Assembly (NCBI GenBank): GCA_031409335.1
Contig: JANNWY010000017.1
Coordinates: 1-30,739 of the forward strand
Reading direction: 5' to 3'
Length of the DNA stretch: 30,739 nt
From: Chthoniobacteraceae bacterium
GTDB taxonomy: Bacteria; Verrucomicrobiota; Verrucomicrobiia; Chthoniobacterales; Chthoniobacteraceae
The notes beneath the pieces were generated by a model. That model was not told the origin of the DNA. It ran no database searches and saw nothing but the letters and a program-made list of their open reading frames with translations. Position 1 is the stretch's first letter, and each line of letters begins with the position of its first letter. A program made the position numbers and the translations under genes. This document shows, piece after piece, positions 10,454 through 19,110 of the stretch.

Positions 10454-10469
10454 AGCAGTCCGCGTGCCT
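10454..10469 (-). promoter_or_regulatory. Putative sigma-54 promoter
   Basis: Minus strand AGGCACGCGGACTGCT: GGCACG plus GG-N10-GC spacing, ending 12 nt before ATG 10441. Confidence 0.55.
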
Positions 10470-10495
10470 CCAACCTCGTCCAGAAGGGTTCATTT

Positions 10496-11155
10496 TCAGG
10501 CGTTCCGCACGCCGCCATCCACCGCCGCGATCGCCCGCGAATAGGCCGGTCCGAGTTCACCAGCGCTCCCGACCCCGACGCGGAGGTCGCGGATCAGCCC
10601 GTCCTCCAAGCCGTAGATCCAGCCGTGGACCATCGCCGACTGCCCGCGCGACCACGCATCCTGCACGATCGTGGTCTGGCAAACATTGACGACCTGCTCG
10701 ATCACGTTGAGTTCGCACAAAACGTCGGCGCGTTCCGCTTCAGGCGCAGCCTCGATGCGCTCGGCGTGCTTGTGGCGCACATCCTGGATGTGGCGCAGCC
10801 AGTTATCCACCAGCCCCAGCCGCCGCCCGACCAGCGCCGCGCCCACCCCGCCACAGCCGTAGTGCCCGACCACCAGCAGGTGCTCCACACGCAGGACATC
10901 GACGGCGAATTGCATCGCGGAGAGGCAGTTCAAATCCGTATGCACGACGACGTTGCCGACATTGCGATGGACGAAAATTTCTCCCGGCAGCATTCCCACG
11001 ATTTCATTCGCCGGCACCCGGCTGTCGGCGCATCCGATCCACAGATATTTCGGAGACTGCGCCTTGGCGAGTCGCTGGAAAAAGTCGGGCTGATCCGCCT
11101 TCATCCGGTCGGCCCAGGCGCGGTTCTGATGAAACAGACTGGTGATATCGCTCAT
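10496..11155 (-). CDS. can: Beta-class carbonic anhydrase
   Basis: WIGCADSRVP; FVHRNVGN; GHYGCGG zinc ligands; VHGWIY. Confidence 0.96.
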   Translation of the reverse strand: MSDITSLFHQNRAWADRMKADQPDFFQRLAKAQSPKYLWIGCADSRVPANEIVGMLPGEIFVHRNVGNVVVHTDLNCLSAMQFAVDVLRVEHLLVVGHYGCGGVGAALVGRRLGLVDNWLRHIQDVRHKHAERIEAAPEAERADVLCELNVIEQVVNVCQTTIVQDAWSRGQSAMVHGWIYGLEDGLIRDLRVGVGSAGELGPAYSRAIAAVDGGVRNA

Positions 11156-11265
11156 GTGTGCGGAGAGGATTGCGGTGTCGCGTTCGCGGTGGAAAGGCTG
11201 AAAGCGAAGTCTGCGCGCGCACTTTCATCTCGCACTCAATAAATCCCGCAGCTATCCCACCGCCC

Positions 11266-11727
11266 ATGTCCAGCCGCCCATTCGTCTGCCTTTCCCTCGC
11301 CCTTTTGCTCGCAGGATGTGAAACGCCCGCGGACAAGAAAAAAAAGGAGGCTGAGAAAAAGCCGCAGCCGCTCGCGAAACAAACCGAGGATCCCGCGTTC
11401 GTCGCGTTTCTTGGCCGCCTTCGCACCGCGGTCGCGAACAAGGATCACGCGACTCTCACCTCGATGATGACCGCCGATTTCGGCTACCGCTGGGATACGC
11501 CGCCGGTGGGCGACAATGTTTTCACCTACTGGGATCTGAACGACAACTGGCCGGCCTTGAGCAAGCTGCTGCGCGAAAAATTCGTCGCTCACGACGGCTA
11601 CATGGTCGCCCCCGCCGCAGTCGCGACCGAGCCCGGTTTTCACGGCTATCGCGCTGGGATGCGGATGCTCAATGGCAGTTGGAAATTCGCCTACTTCGTT
11701 CCCGGAGAAAGCACGCTCCAGCAGTGA
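11266..11727 (+). CDS. Hypothetical lipoprotein
   Basis: Lipobox LLLAGC after a hydrophobic core; Lys-rich tether; stop overlaps next start (GTGA). Confidence 0.8.
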   Translation: MSSRPFVCLSLALLLAGCETPADKKKKEAEKKPQPLAKQTEDPAFVAFLGRLRTAVANKDHATLTSMMTADFGYRWDTPPVGDNVFTYWDLNDNWPALSKLLREKFVAHDGYMVAPAAVATEPGFHGYRAGMRMLNGSWKFAYFVPGESTLQQ

Positions 11728-12137
11728 CGAGCGGCGACCCCATCGCGCTCGGGCTGCCGCACCGCACGCCGTTCATCTTCATCGACAAAGTCCTCGAACT
11801 CCGCCCAGGCGAACTGGCGGTGTGCCGGAAAACTTTCCCCCCCGAAGAGCCATTTTTCCGCGGACATTTCCCCGGCGAACCGATCGTCCCGGCCGTGATC
11901 CTTACCGAAGCGCTCGCGCAAACCGCGGGCATCGCTGGCGGCGGCGAAGGCCGCGGGTTCCGGCTCACGGCGATCAAGGCGATGAAATTTCCCGGCGCAG
12001 TGCGGCCGCAGGAAGAAATCACGCTGCGCGCGGAGAAGCGCGGCGCGGTTGGCGGGCTGTGGCAGTTCGATGTGGTCGCACGCGTCGGCGAGCGAGTCGT
12101 GGCGGAGGGAGTCGTGGTGCTGAACGAATCAGCATGA
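11724..12137 (+). CDS. fabZ: FabZ/FabA-like 3-hydroxyacyl-ACP dehydratase (hotdog fold)
   Basis: LPHRTPFIFIDKV; FFRGHFPGEPIVPAVILTEALAQ with catalytic His/Glu; GTG 11724; may be a paralogue. Confidence 0.82.
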   Translation: MTSGDPIALGLPHRTPFIFIDKVLELRPGELAVCRKTFPPEEPFFRGHFPGEPIVPAVILTEALAQTAGIAGGGEGRGFRLTAIKAMKFPGAVRPQEEITLRAEKRGAVGGLWQFDVVARVGERVVAEGVVVLNESA

Positions 12138-12146
12138 GCGATCGAG

Positions 12147-13937
12147 TTACTGCACCCGCGGCAGCAACAAGCCGGGCAGCTCGCTGATTTTCACCCGCTC
12201 CTGCCGCGCGTCATCGCGGTGGCGCAAGGTCACGGTGTCGAGCAATTCGGGGCCGTTTTCGCCGACGCTGTCGAAGTCGATCGTCACACAAAATGGCGTG
12301 CCCGCTTCATCCTGGCGGGCGTAGCGGCGGCCGATGTTTCCAGCTTCGTCGTAGAAACAACTCATCTGCCGCTTCAGCGTGTCGAACACCTGACGCGCTT
12401 TGGCCACGAGTTCGGGTTTGTTTTTCAGCAGCGGAAACACGCCGACCTTCACTGGCGCGATGCGTGGGTGAAAACGCAGCACCGTGCGCTTCTCGATCTT
12501 GCCATTCACGTCGGCCTTTTCCTCCTCGTGATACGCCGCCGCGATCACCGCCAGCGCGAGGCGGTCGAGACCGGCTGAAGGTTCGATCACGTGCGGCACG
12601 TAGTTTCCCTTGAAGAGTTTTTCACAAAAGTCCGCTGCCGCAGCTCGCGCTTCGTCCTCGGACTTGCCGCCCTTTGCCGCGCGCGCCGACCACTCCGCCG
12701 ATACGCCCGCGACGAACTCCGCTTTCGCCGCAGCGTCGAGCTTCCCGGCAGCGGCGCGCAGCTCTTCATCGAAGATTTCCTGGCTCTTGCCGCTGTGTTT
12801 CTGGTGCTGGGCAAGATCGAAGTCGCTGCGTGCGGCGATGCCCTCCAGTTCCTCGGTGCCAAAGGGAAACTTGAAAAGAATGTCCACGCAGGCGCGGGCG
12901 TAGTGCGCGAGTTCGTCCGGCTTTTGCCGATGGAAATCGAGCAGGTCCGCGCCGAGACCGATGCTTTCGTAATACGCAACGCGCTGCTTTTCCCAGTAGT
13001 GATGCCACATCTCCCAGCCCCAGTTTCGCCGCGGCGTGGCGAGGTCCGCGCCTTCACTCCAGGCCGCGACCGCGCCGTGCAAAATGCGGATCGCCTCATC
13101 CGGCGCGATGAAAAATTCGAGTTCCATCTGCTCGAATTCCCGCGACCGGAATGTGAAATTGCGCGGCGTCACCTCGTTGCGAAACGCCTTGCCGATTTGG
13201 CAAATGCCGAACGGCACTTTCACGCGCGAACTGTCCACGACGTTCTTGAATTGCGCGAAGATCGCCTGCGCCGTTTCGGGCCGGAGATACGCGACATCCG
13301 CCTCAGTCGCCGTCGGGCCGACATAGGTCTTCAACATCAGATTGAACGGGCGTGCTTCGCCAAGCAGGCCGCCGGTTTCCGGATGAAAATCGAGCGAGCC
13401 CTCCACCACATCAATCTTTTCCTCAACGCGCAAAACGATGTCATCGGGATTGCCTGCGGCGGCACCGGCGCTTTGCGCGATCAACTGGCGCACGCGTTTG
13501 CGGAAACTCTCGATGTGCTCGGTCTTGTTCATCAGCACGGTCAACGCGCGATCCAAAATCCATCCAGTCGGCGATTCGGCACCGCTGAATCGCATCACCG
13601 TTCCGCCCTGCGGTTCGACGTGGTCCGCGCGCACGCGTTTGTTCGTCAACGAACACTCGCGCATCAAGTCCGCAAACGTGTCCACGTGCCCCGATGCCTT
13701 CCAGATCGACGGATGCATAATGATCGTCGCGTCGAGGCCGACCACGTCCTCGCGTTCGCGGGTCATCGCGCGCCACCAGGAGTCGCGGAGATTGCGCTTC
13801 AGCTCCGCGCCGAGCGGGCCGTAATCCCAGAAGCCATTGATGCCGCCGTAGATTTCGGAGCTTTGAAAAACGAAGCCGCGCCGTTTGCAGAACGACACGA
13901 TCTTTTCCATCAGCGGAGTCTCTTTTTGCTGGCTCAT
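12147..13937 (-). CDS. glyQS: Glycine--tRNA ligase, homodimeric (alpha2) type
   Basis: SSEIYGG..WDYGPLG; LRPETAQ; GKAFRNE..FRSREFEQME; ELEGIA; PHVIEPSAGLDR; IGRRYARQDEAGTP; start ATG 13937. Confidence 0.97.
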   Translation of the reverse strand: MSQQKETPLMEKIVSFCKRRGFVFQSSEIYGGINGFWDYGPLGAELKRNLRDSWWRAMTREREDVVGLDATIIMHPSIWKASGHVDTFADLMRECSLTNKRVRADHVEPQGGTVMRFSGAESPTGWILDRALTVLMNKTEHIESFRKRVRQLIAQSAGAAAGNPDDIVLRVEEKIDVVEGSLDFHPETGGLLGEARPFNLMLKTYVGPTATEADVAYLRPETAQAIFAQFKNVVDSSRVKVPFGICQIGKAFRNEVTPRNFTFRSREFEQMELEFFIAPDEAIRILHGAVAAWSEGADLATPRRNWGWEMWHHYWEKQRVAYYESIGLGADLLDFHRQKPDELAHYARACVDILFKFPFGTEELEGIAARSDFDLAQHQKHSGKSQEIFDEELRAAAGKLDAAAKAEFVAGVSAEWSARAAKGGKSEDEARAAAADFCEKLFKGNYVPHVIEPSAGLDRLALAVIAAAYHEEEKADVNGKIEKRTVLRFHPRIAPVKVGVFPLLKNKPELVAKARQVFDTLKRQMSCFYDEAGNIGRRYARQDEAGTPFCVTIDFDSVGENGPELLDTVTLRHRDDARQERVKISELPGLLLPRVQ

Positions 13938-14003
13938 AGGGAGGGCGAAAGTGCGCGGGCACCCGGCCTCGCTCAAGCGAAATGTCGCGCCGCGCCGGGC
14001 GCG

Positions 14004-16499
14004 CTACTTCTTCGCGTCGAACTCCTGCCAGAACTCGTCAACCGGCTGCGTCATCGTTTTGTACGAGAGTCGGCGCAGCGTCGGGTGGCCGCGCAGGAAC
14101 TCGATGTCCTTGCATTGCGAAGGAATCATCACCGCTTCGAGTTTCGGCATTTTGAGAAGCGGGCGCAGGTCCGTGATGCCGGTGCAGCCTTGCAGATTCA
14201 GCTCGACCAGCTTTTTGTTCCCGGTGAGTGGCGCGAGATCGGAGACGGGCGTGCGAGCGAGGCTGAGGCGGCGCATTTGGATGTGCCGCAGAGCGCCGAG
14301 ATCGGCGACGCGGGAATCGTCGAGAGTGATCAAGTCGAGCGGGGTATCGACGAGCGAGCCCCACTCGGTCGGCGGGATTTTTCCAAGATTGATGTTGATC
14401 GTTTCATCGTCGTTGACCTCAAACGGATGCTTGAATCCGTTCTTCTTCAGGATGCCGCGCCAGATGGTTCGGAAAAGTTCACGATCCTGCGGAATCTGCG
14501 GGAGAAGCACGCGCGCCTCCTCGCTGCGCCCTTGTTTGAGCAGCGCGGCGAGAAACTCGCTGAGGATCGCCGGCGTCATGTCGCCCGCGCGCACGAATTT
14601 GCCGATGAGTTTTTCCGTCAGCGCGAGATTGAGCTTCGCGTCGGCGTGCTGCGGGTTGCGACGCAGCGCTTCCGCGAATGCCGCGTGGGCTTCATCCCAG
14701 CGCAGCAGCGACTGGAGGATGAAGCCGCGCAGCACGTGATAGTCGGCCTCATTCGGCACCTGCCGGATCGCGTAATCGATCTCCTCGAGTGCCTCGACAA
14801 AGGAATCTTCGGCGAGCAGCGATTGCGCATTGTTGAAATAGGTCGGGGCGGTGCCGCGCAGTTCATGGAGCCGTGCCGCGGCCAGGCGCCCGTTCTCTTC
14901 CGCAAGGCGCATACTTTCCATGGCCTGTTCCGCGCTGACCTTGGCGCTATTTTTTTCGACGGAGAGCCGGTAGATGAAAGTAGCCGCGAGCGCATTGATC
15001 AGCACGAATCCGGCAACGAACAGCGCCACCTCGCGCTTGTGACGCCCCGCCCACAGCAGCACATGCTTTCGCAAGCTCGCGCGCTCGGCCTTCGGCGCGA
15101 AGCCACCCTCATGCGCGGCGATGTCGGCCTGCATTTCCCCGACAGTCTGGTAGCGGTCTTCGGGCGCGAGTTGCATCGCTTTCATCACCACTGCGGAGAG
15201 CCCATCCGGCACGCGCCGACCGGGCAGATGCAGGAGTTCCACCAATTCGTCTCCGCTCGGAGCCGGCAGGCCTGGAGCCGCTTTCGGTTGGGCGTTGAAG
15301 CTCGATGGCGACTCGATTTTCGATGACAGGATGGCCTCGACCATTTCCTGCACTGTGGTGCCACCAAACGGCGGGCGCAGGGTGAGAATCGCGTAAAGCA
15401 ATTCGCCGAGCACATAAACGTCGGAGCGCGCGTCGATGTCATCGAGATCACCGCGCGCCTGCTCGGGCGAGATGTATGGCGGGGTGCCGACGATCAAGCC
15501 GTGCATGGTTTGAAATCCGCGCGCATCCAGCGGAGCCTCCACGCTCATTTCAGTCTCGATTCCCTCGCCGCCTCGCAATGCGCCAGTCAGATTTTTTGCG
15601 AGACCCCAGTCCATCACGAGCACTTCGCCGAACGCCCCGATCATCACGTTGTCCGGCTTCAAGTCGCGATGCACCACGCCCTTCGAGTGCGCGAACGCGA
15701 CGGCATCGCAGATCTTTTGAAAAATCGTGAGCAGCGCGCCGAGCGGATATTTTTCCACCATCGACTCGCGACCGTGGCGCAGCCCGCGCAGGACTTCTTC
15801 GAGCGTGATGCCCTTCACGTACTTCATCGTGTAAAATGCCTCGCCGTGTTCGTCCGTGCCGAGTTCATAGACGGGCACGATGTTTGGGTGTTCGAGCTGG
15901 CCGGTGAGCTGCGCTTCATTCACGAAACGCAGCACGCTTTCCCGCGAGAACTGGTGGTCGGACTTCATCACCTTCACCGCGACGGTCCGGCGAATCCGCA
16001 GATCGCGCCCCTGCATCACGACACCCATTCCGCCCCGCCCGATGGTCGTGGTGATTTTGTATTTCCGACCCGCCAGCATCTCGCGCATCGGCGCGAGGCC
16101 GAGATCTTCATCGCCGAGCGCGGCGCTGAGTTGCGCCGCGGCGACGGGGGAAAGCCGCACGATCAGCCGCGCGGCACCGATCAACACTTCCTGATCATTT
16201 CGCAATCGCGTCGGGATCTTTACCTGCACGCCGTCGATGAAGACGCCATTGCTCGATCCGAGGTCTTCGATGACGAGATCATACGCGCTGAAACTCAACC
16301 GCGCGTGATGCCGCGAGACAGCGTCCGCCTTCACCACGATATGGCAGGTCGAGTCGCAACCGACGATGTATTCGCCGTGTTCGATCGCGTATTTTTTGAG
16401 GAACTCGGTATTGGAATACACGTGCACCTCGGCGACGACCGCTGCCTGAACCGCCAATCCGCCATCATGCCCCGCTTGGGATGAATCGAGCTTCAGCAC
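14004..16499 (-). CDS. Membrane Hanks-type Ser/Thr kinase: FHA-kinase-TM-TPR-LRR
   Basis: VSRHHA..DLGSSNG (FHA); GRGGMG, VAVK, HRDLKPDN, DWG, GTPPYISPE; TM VALFVAGFVLINALAATFIY; TPR helices; terminal LRRs; start uncertain (GTG 16499 or TTG 16550). Confidence 0.93.
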   Translation of the reverse strand: MLKLDSSQAGHDGGLAVQAAVVAEVHVYSNTEFLKKYAIEHGEYIVGCDSTCHIVVKADAVSRHHARLSFSAYDLVIEDLGSSNGVFIDGVQVKIPTRLRNDQEVLIGAARLIVRLSPVAAAQLSAALGDEDLGLAPMREMLAGRKYKITTTIGRGGMGVVMQGRDLRIRRTVAVKVMKSDHQFSRESVLRFVNEAQLTGQLEHPNIVPVYELGTDEHGEAFYTMKYVKGITLEEVLRGLRHGRESMVEKYPLGALLTIFQKICDAVAFAHSKGVVHRDLKPDNVMIGAFGEVLVMDWGLAKNLTGALRGGEGIETEMSVEAPLDARGFQTMHGLIVGTPPYISPEQARGDLDDIDARSDVYVLGELLYAILTLRPPFGGTTVQEMVEAILSSKIESPSSFNAQPKAAPGLPAPSGDELVELLHLPGRRVPDGLSAVVMKAMQLAPEDRYQTVGEMQADIAAHEGGFAPKAERASLRKHVLLWAGRHKREVALFVAGFVLINALAATFIYRLSVEKNSAKVSAEQAMESMRLAEENGRLAAARLHELRGTAPTYFNNAQSLLAEDSFVEALEEIDYAIRQVPNEADYHVLRGFILQSLLRWDEAHAAFAEALRRNPQHADAKLNLALTEKLIGKFVRAGDMTPAILSEFLAALLKQGRSEEARVLLPQIPQDRELFRTIWRGILKKNGFKHPFEVNDDETININLGKIPPTEWGSLVDTPLDLITLDDSRVADLGALRHIQMRRLSLARTPVSDLAPLTGNKKLVELNLQGCTGITDLRPLLKMPKLEAVMIPSQCKDIEFLRGHPTLRRLSYKTMTQPVDEFWQEFDAKK

Positions 16500-16626
16500 G
16501 GTAGAATTTCGTGAAGTCGCACCACATTGGCGCGCGCCACAAGTCCGCAAAGAACCGGGCTGGAATACGTGTGAACTGGAAAAGACATCACCGAATCAAC
16601 CCGGCAGCGGCGATTCCGTTGCGGAA

Positions 16627-16657
16627 ACTTTCGCGGGAGGACTCCCGCAAGTGTCAA
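16627..16657 (-). promoter_or_regulatory. TTGACA box followed by a GC-rich inverted repeat (promoter/operator or weak terminator)
   Basis: Minus strand TTGACA at 16657-16652, then GCGGGAG-TC-CTCCCGC (16648-16633); no good -10 box and no U-tract. Confidence 0.35.
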
Positions 16658-16666
16658 CGGTAAAGG

Positions 16667-16966
16667 CTACAATCCCGGAATCATCGGCGCAGCGCCGCCG
16701 TCCGGCATCGGTACCGCATCGGTCGGCGCCACGGGCGCGGATGGGGGTGCGACAGGCGGCAAACCCATGCTCTGAAGATCATCGGATGGCGGGGGAACCG
16801 CGTCGAGAAGCGGTTCGACTGGCAGGGATTTTGGCTTTTCTTTCACCGCCACGAAATGATTTCGGCGCGGCGAATAGGTGTCGGAGTAGATCGTCTTGCA
16901 GCCAGTGAAGACGATGCCGATGGAAAGGAATGTGGCCGGGATGATGTAACGAACAGGGCGGGACAT
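16667..16966 (-). CDS. Small lipoprotein with Pro-rich disordered tail
   Basis: Lipobox VFTGC; PPPSDD..PPVAPPSAP tail; 9 nt after the upstream stop. Confidence 0.75.
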   Translation of the reverse strand: MSRPVRYIIPATFLSIGIVFTGCKTIYSDTYSPRRNHFVAVKEKPKSLPVEPLLDAVPPPSDDLQSMGLPPVAPPSAPVAPTDAVPMPDGGAAPMIPGL

Positions 16967-16975
16967 GGGCGCTGT

Positions 16976-17464
16976 CTAGTGGATGCGCGTCGCATTCGTC
17001 AACTGCCGAGTCATCTCAAAAGTTCCGCTGTCATAGCTGGAATCGTAGCGCGCACGAAAACGATCGCCAGCAATGCGGCCCTCGTAGCGGTAGGTCCCGC
17101 CGAAGAGTTTTGGCAGTTCGTGAGTCCCGCGCAGCTCCACGACTCCCCTGTGCGTCTTCGATTGCGCCGGTTTCTGGGGAGTGAAACTCACCGTGTAGTC
17201 CGCGGCGAACGCCTGCCAGTTTGCGTGAAAATGCGCGACGATGGCCGAGCTGGCCGGCGGCTCGATCACACATCGGAGCCGGCCGCCATCCGGCGCACCC
17301 GTGGCAGTCTTGTGGCGCGCGCTCGTCCACCGGCCATCCCACCGCGAGGCTTGCTGAAATTTTCCGGGCTGGCCGATGGCGTCCCATTTGCGCTGGAACG
17401 CCGAGCAACCGGAACAAAGCGCGACGACCAAAAGTGCGGCGGAACAGCGGGCGGGTGAAATCAT
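16976..17464 (-). CDS. Hypothetical beta-rich lipoprotein
   Basis: Lipobox LCSGC; WDGRWTS..GRLRC..FHANW..GTYRYEG..GTFEMTR; ATGA overlap with the upstream gene. Confidence 0.78.
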   Translation of the reverse strand: MISPARCSAALLVVALCSGCSAFQRKWDAIGQPGKFQQASRWDGRWTSARHKTATGAPDGGRLRCVIEPPASSAIVAHFHANWQAFAADYTVSFTPQKPAQSKTHRGVVELRGTHELPKLFGGTYRYEGRIAGDRFRARYDSSYDSGTFEMTRQLTNATRIH

Positions 17465-18204
17465 GGTTTCAAGGAAAGCACAAACTCCCGCATCTCTTCA
17501 ACCGAACCGCGAAACGCGAGCAGCGTGCAAATGCCCTGCCGCTGCCGGATCGCGGCAGCCCATTCCTTTTGCTTGAAGACCTTCCAATCAGCGTCCTCCG
17601 CCAGCTCCATCTCGAAATCGCCGAGGCGAAAAACGTTCAGGATCATCGCGTGTTTTTCGATCGCGATTTGTGCGATCGGATGCTCCGCAAACCGGGTCGT
17701 CCGCGCCCCGGCGACCGGCAGCGCGGAAATGTCTGCGGGGAGTTTCATTTCATCAAAGCCACGCAACATCAGCCAGTCCGCCAGCCCGGAAACCGCGCCG
17801 CCCTTGATCTCAAATTCGACCCCCGTCATGCCACTGACTTGATCGACCATGCGCTCGGCGTGCTCCTTCCCGGGAAAACCCGCGCGCCTTTCCATCTCCA
17901 GATAAACCACGAATCCGATGGCCAGCAACACGCCCGCGATCGCGCAAAGGATCGTGGGATGCAGCGCATGCTTTCTCAGCTCGCCCGGCGCGGCGCATTC
18001 GGAGATTTTCTTGCGCAGACTTTCCGGTGGTTTGACGGCATGGATCGCATCCACGATCTGCGCGTCGAACGCGGCGTTCCTAGTCAGCACGCCGCGCAGG
18101 ATTTCGTCGCTCTCAGCCATCTTCAGCGCCTCTTGCACCGCGGCATCTGCGGCGATGCCCTCGCGGTGGCAGGCGACGAGTTTCTCAGCGGTGCGGACAT
18201 TCAT
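17461..18204 (-). CDS. Putative transmembrane anti-sigma factor
   Basis: Helical N-domain ending AVKPPESLRKKI; one TM (ILCAIAGVLLAIGFVVYL); extracytoplasmic C-domain; ATGA-coupled to the sigma-like gene. Confidence 0.7.
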   Translation of the reverse strand: MNVRTAEKLVACHREGIAADAAVQEALKMAESDEILRGVLTRNAAFDAQIVDAIHAVKPPESLRKKISECAAPGELRKHALHPTILCAIAGVLLAIGFVVYLEMERRAGFPGKEHAERMVDQVSGMTGVEFEIKGGAVSGLADWLMLRGFDEMKLPADISALPVAGARTTRFAEHPIAQIAIEKHAMILNVFRLGDFEMELAEDADWKVFKQKEWAAAIRQRQGICTLLAFRGSVEEMREFVLSLKP

Positions 18205-18701
18205 GACGGCGTTCCCGTCGCACCCTGCAAAGACTTCTGCAAGGCTTCGCGCGCTTCCGCGAGGGTCGCGCCGAGTTCCTCCAGATTCATTTTCAAAAGC
18301 TTCGCGATTTCCTCCGGCGAAAACAGATTCAGGTAAAACAGCGCCAGCGCGCTGCGGCCCGGTTCGGCGAGACAGTGGAAATGTTCCGCGAGGATGTAAG
18401 CCTCGATGCTCAGCACTTCCGGCACCGCGCCCGCGGACGGCTCCAAACGCAGCAGTCGGGGCACGAGCGGCGCGGCGTTCTCCAAATTGTTTTTCAGGCA
18501 CCGCTCACGGATGCGTCGCGCCAGCCATGCCTGCCGGTTCGCCTCGGTGCGGATCTGATCGAGCTGCTTTTCCACCTCGGCGAGGGTCTCGGCCATGATG
18601 GATTCCGCTGCCGGACAGCGTCCCGTAAGGAGCAGTGCGAAGCGGTAAAACTCGGCGAGTGTGGCGCTGGGGAAGATCGCAGTTTGCAATACGGTGATCA
18701 T
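18201..18701 (-). CDS. Degenerate ECF sigma-70-like protein
   Basis: FYRFALLLTG..AAESIMAET..QAWLARRIR (region 2-like); LAEPGRSALALFYLNLFSPEEIAKLL..LAEAREAL (region 4-like); start ATG 18701 or TTG 18689. Confidence 0.75.
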   Translation of the reverse strand: MITVLQTAIFPSATLAEFYRFALLLTGRCPAAESIMAETLAEVEKQLDQIRTEANRQAWLARRIRERCLKNNLENAAPLVPRLLRLEPSAGAVPEVLSIEAYILAEHFHCLAEPGRSALALFYLNLFSPEEIAKLLKMNLEELGATLAEAREALQKSLQGATGTPS

Positions 18702-18810
18702 TGTCCAAAGCCCGCGCCAGCGACAAGAGCGGATTATTTTGCCGGCGTATCCCGCGAAAAGTTTGAATGAACAAACGAAGTGCGCGTCACAATTTCCGCA
18801 TTCCAAATTC

Positions 18811-19104
18811 ATGAAAACACTCCTCATCATCGCCCTGACAATCACTGGCATCACAGCCTCCACTCCTGAAGCGCAAGCGCGCGATCGTCATCGCGACCGC
18901 TGCGACGATTCGTATGGATATTCGCGCCCGTCGTATAGCCGCAGCTACTATCGGAGCGATTGCGCGCCGCGTTCCTACTACTCGCACAGCTACTACAGCC
19001 CAGCCCCGCGCTACTCCTACCGCCCATCGCGGACCTACCGCTACTCCGATCGCTGCGAGCCTGAGCGTCGCCGCTCGCTCCTCTCGTTCGTCTTCGGATT
19101 CTGA
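18811..19104 (+). CDS. Small secreted Tyr/Ser/Arg-rich protein
   Basis: Signal peptide MKTLLIIAL..EAQA; low-complexity mature part with 3 Cys; ends LLSFVFGF. Confidence 0.75.
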   Translation: MKTLLIIALTITGITASTPEAQARDRHRDRCDDSYGYSRPSYSRSYYRSDCAPRSYYSHSYYSPAPRYSYRPSRTYRYSDRCEPERRRSLLSFVFGF

Positions 19105-19110
19105 CCCTCG

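Noticed and set aside
12591..15326. 911-aa plus-strand ORF
   Set aside because: Antisense to glyQS and the kinase; no recognisable domain
18205..18501. N-terminal extension of the anti-sigma ORF
   Set aside because: Alternative frame of the sigma-like gene; ATGA coupling supports 18204
18766..18792. ECF-like promoter (GAAT/GAAC..CGTC) before the secreted peptide
   Set aside because: Spacing fits only a weak -35; CGTC is frequent in GC-rich DNA
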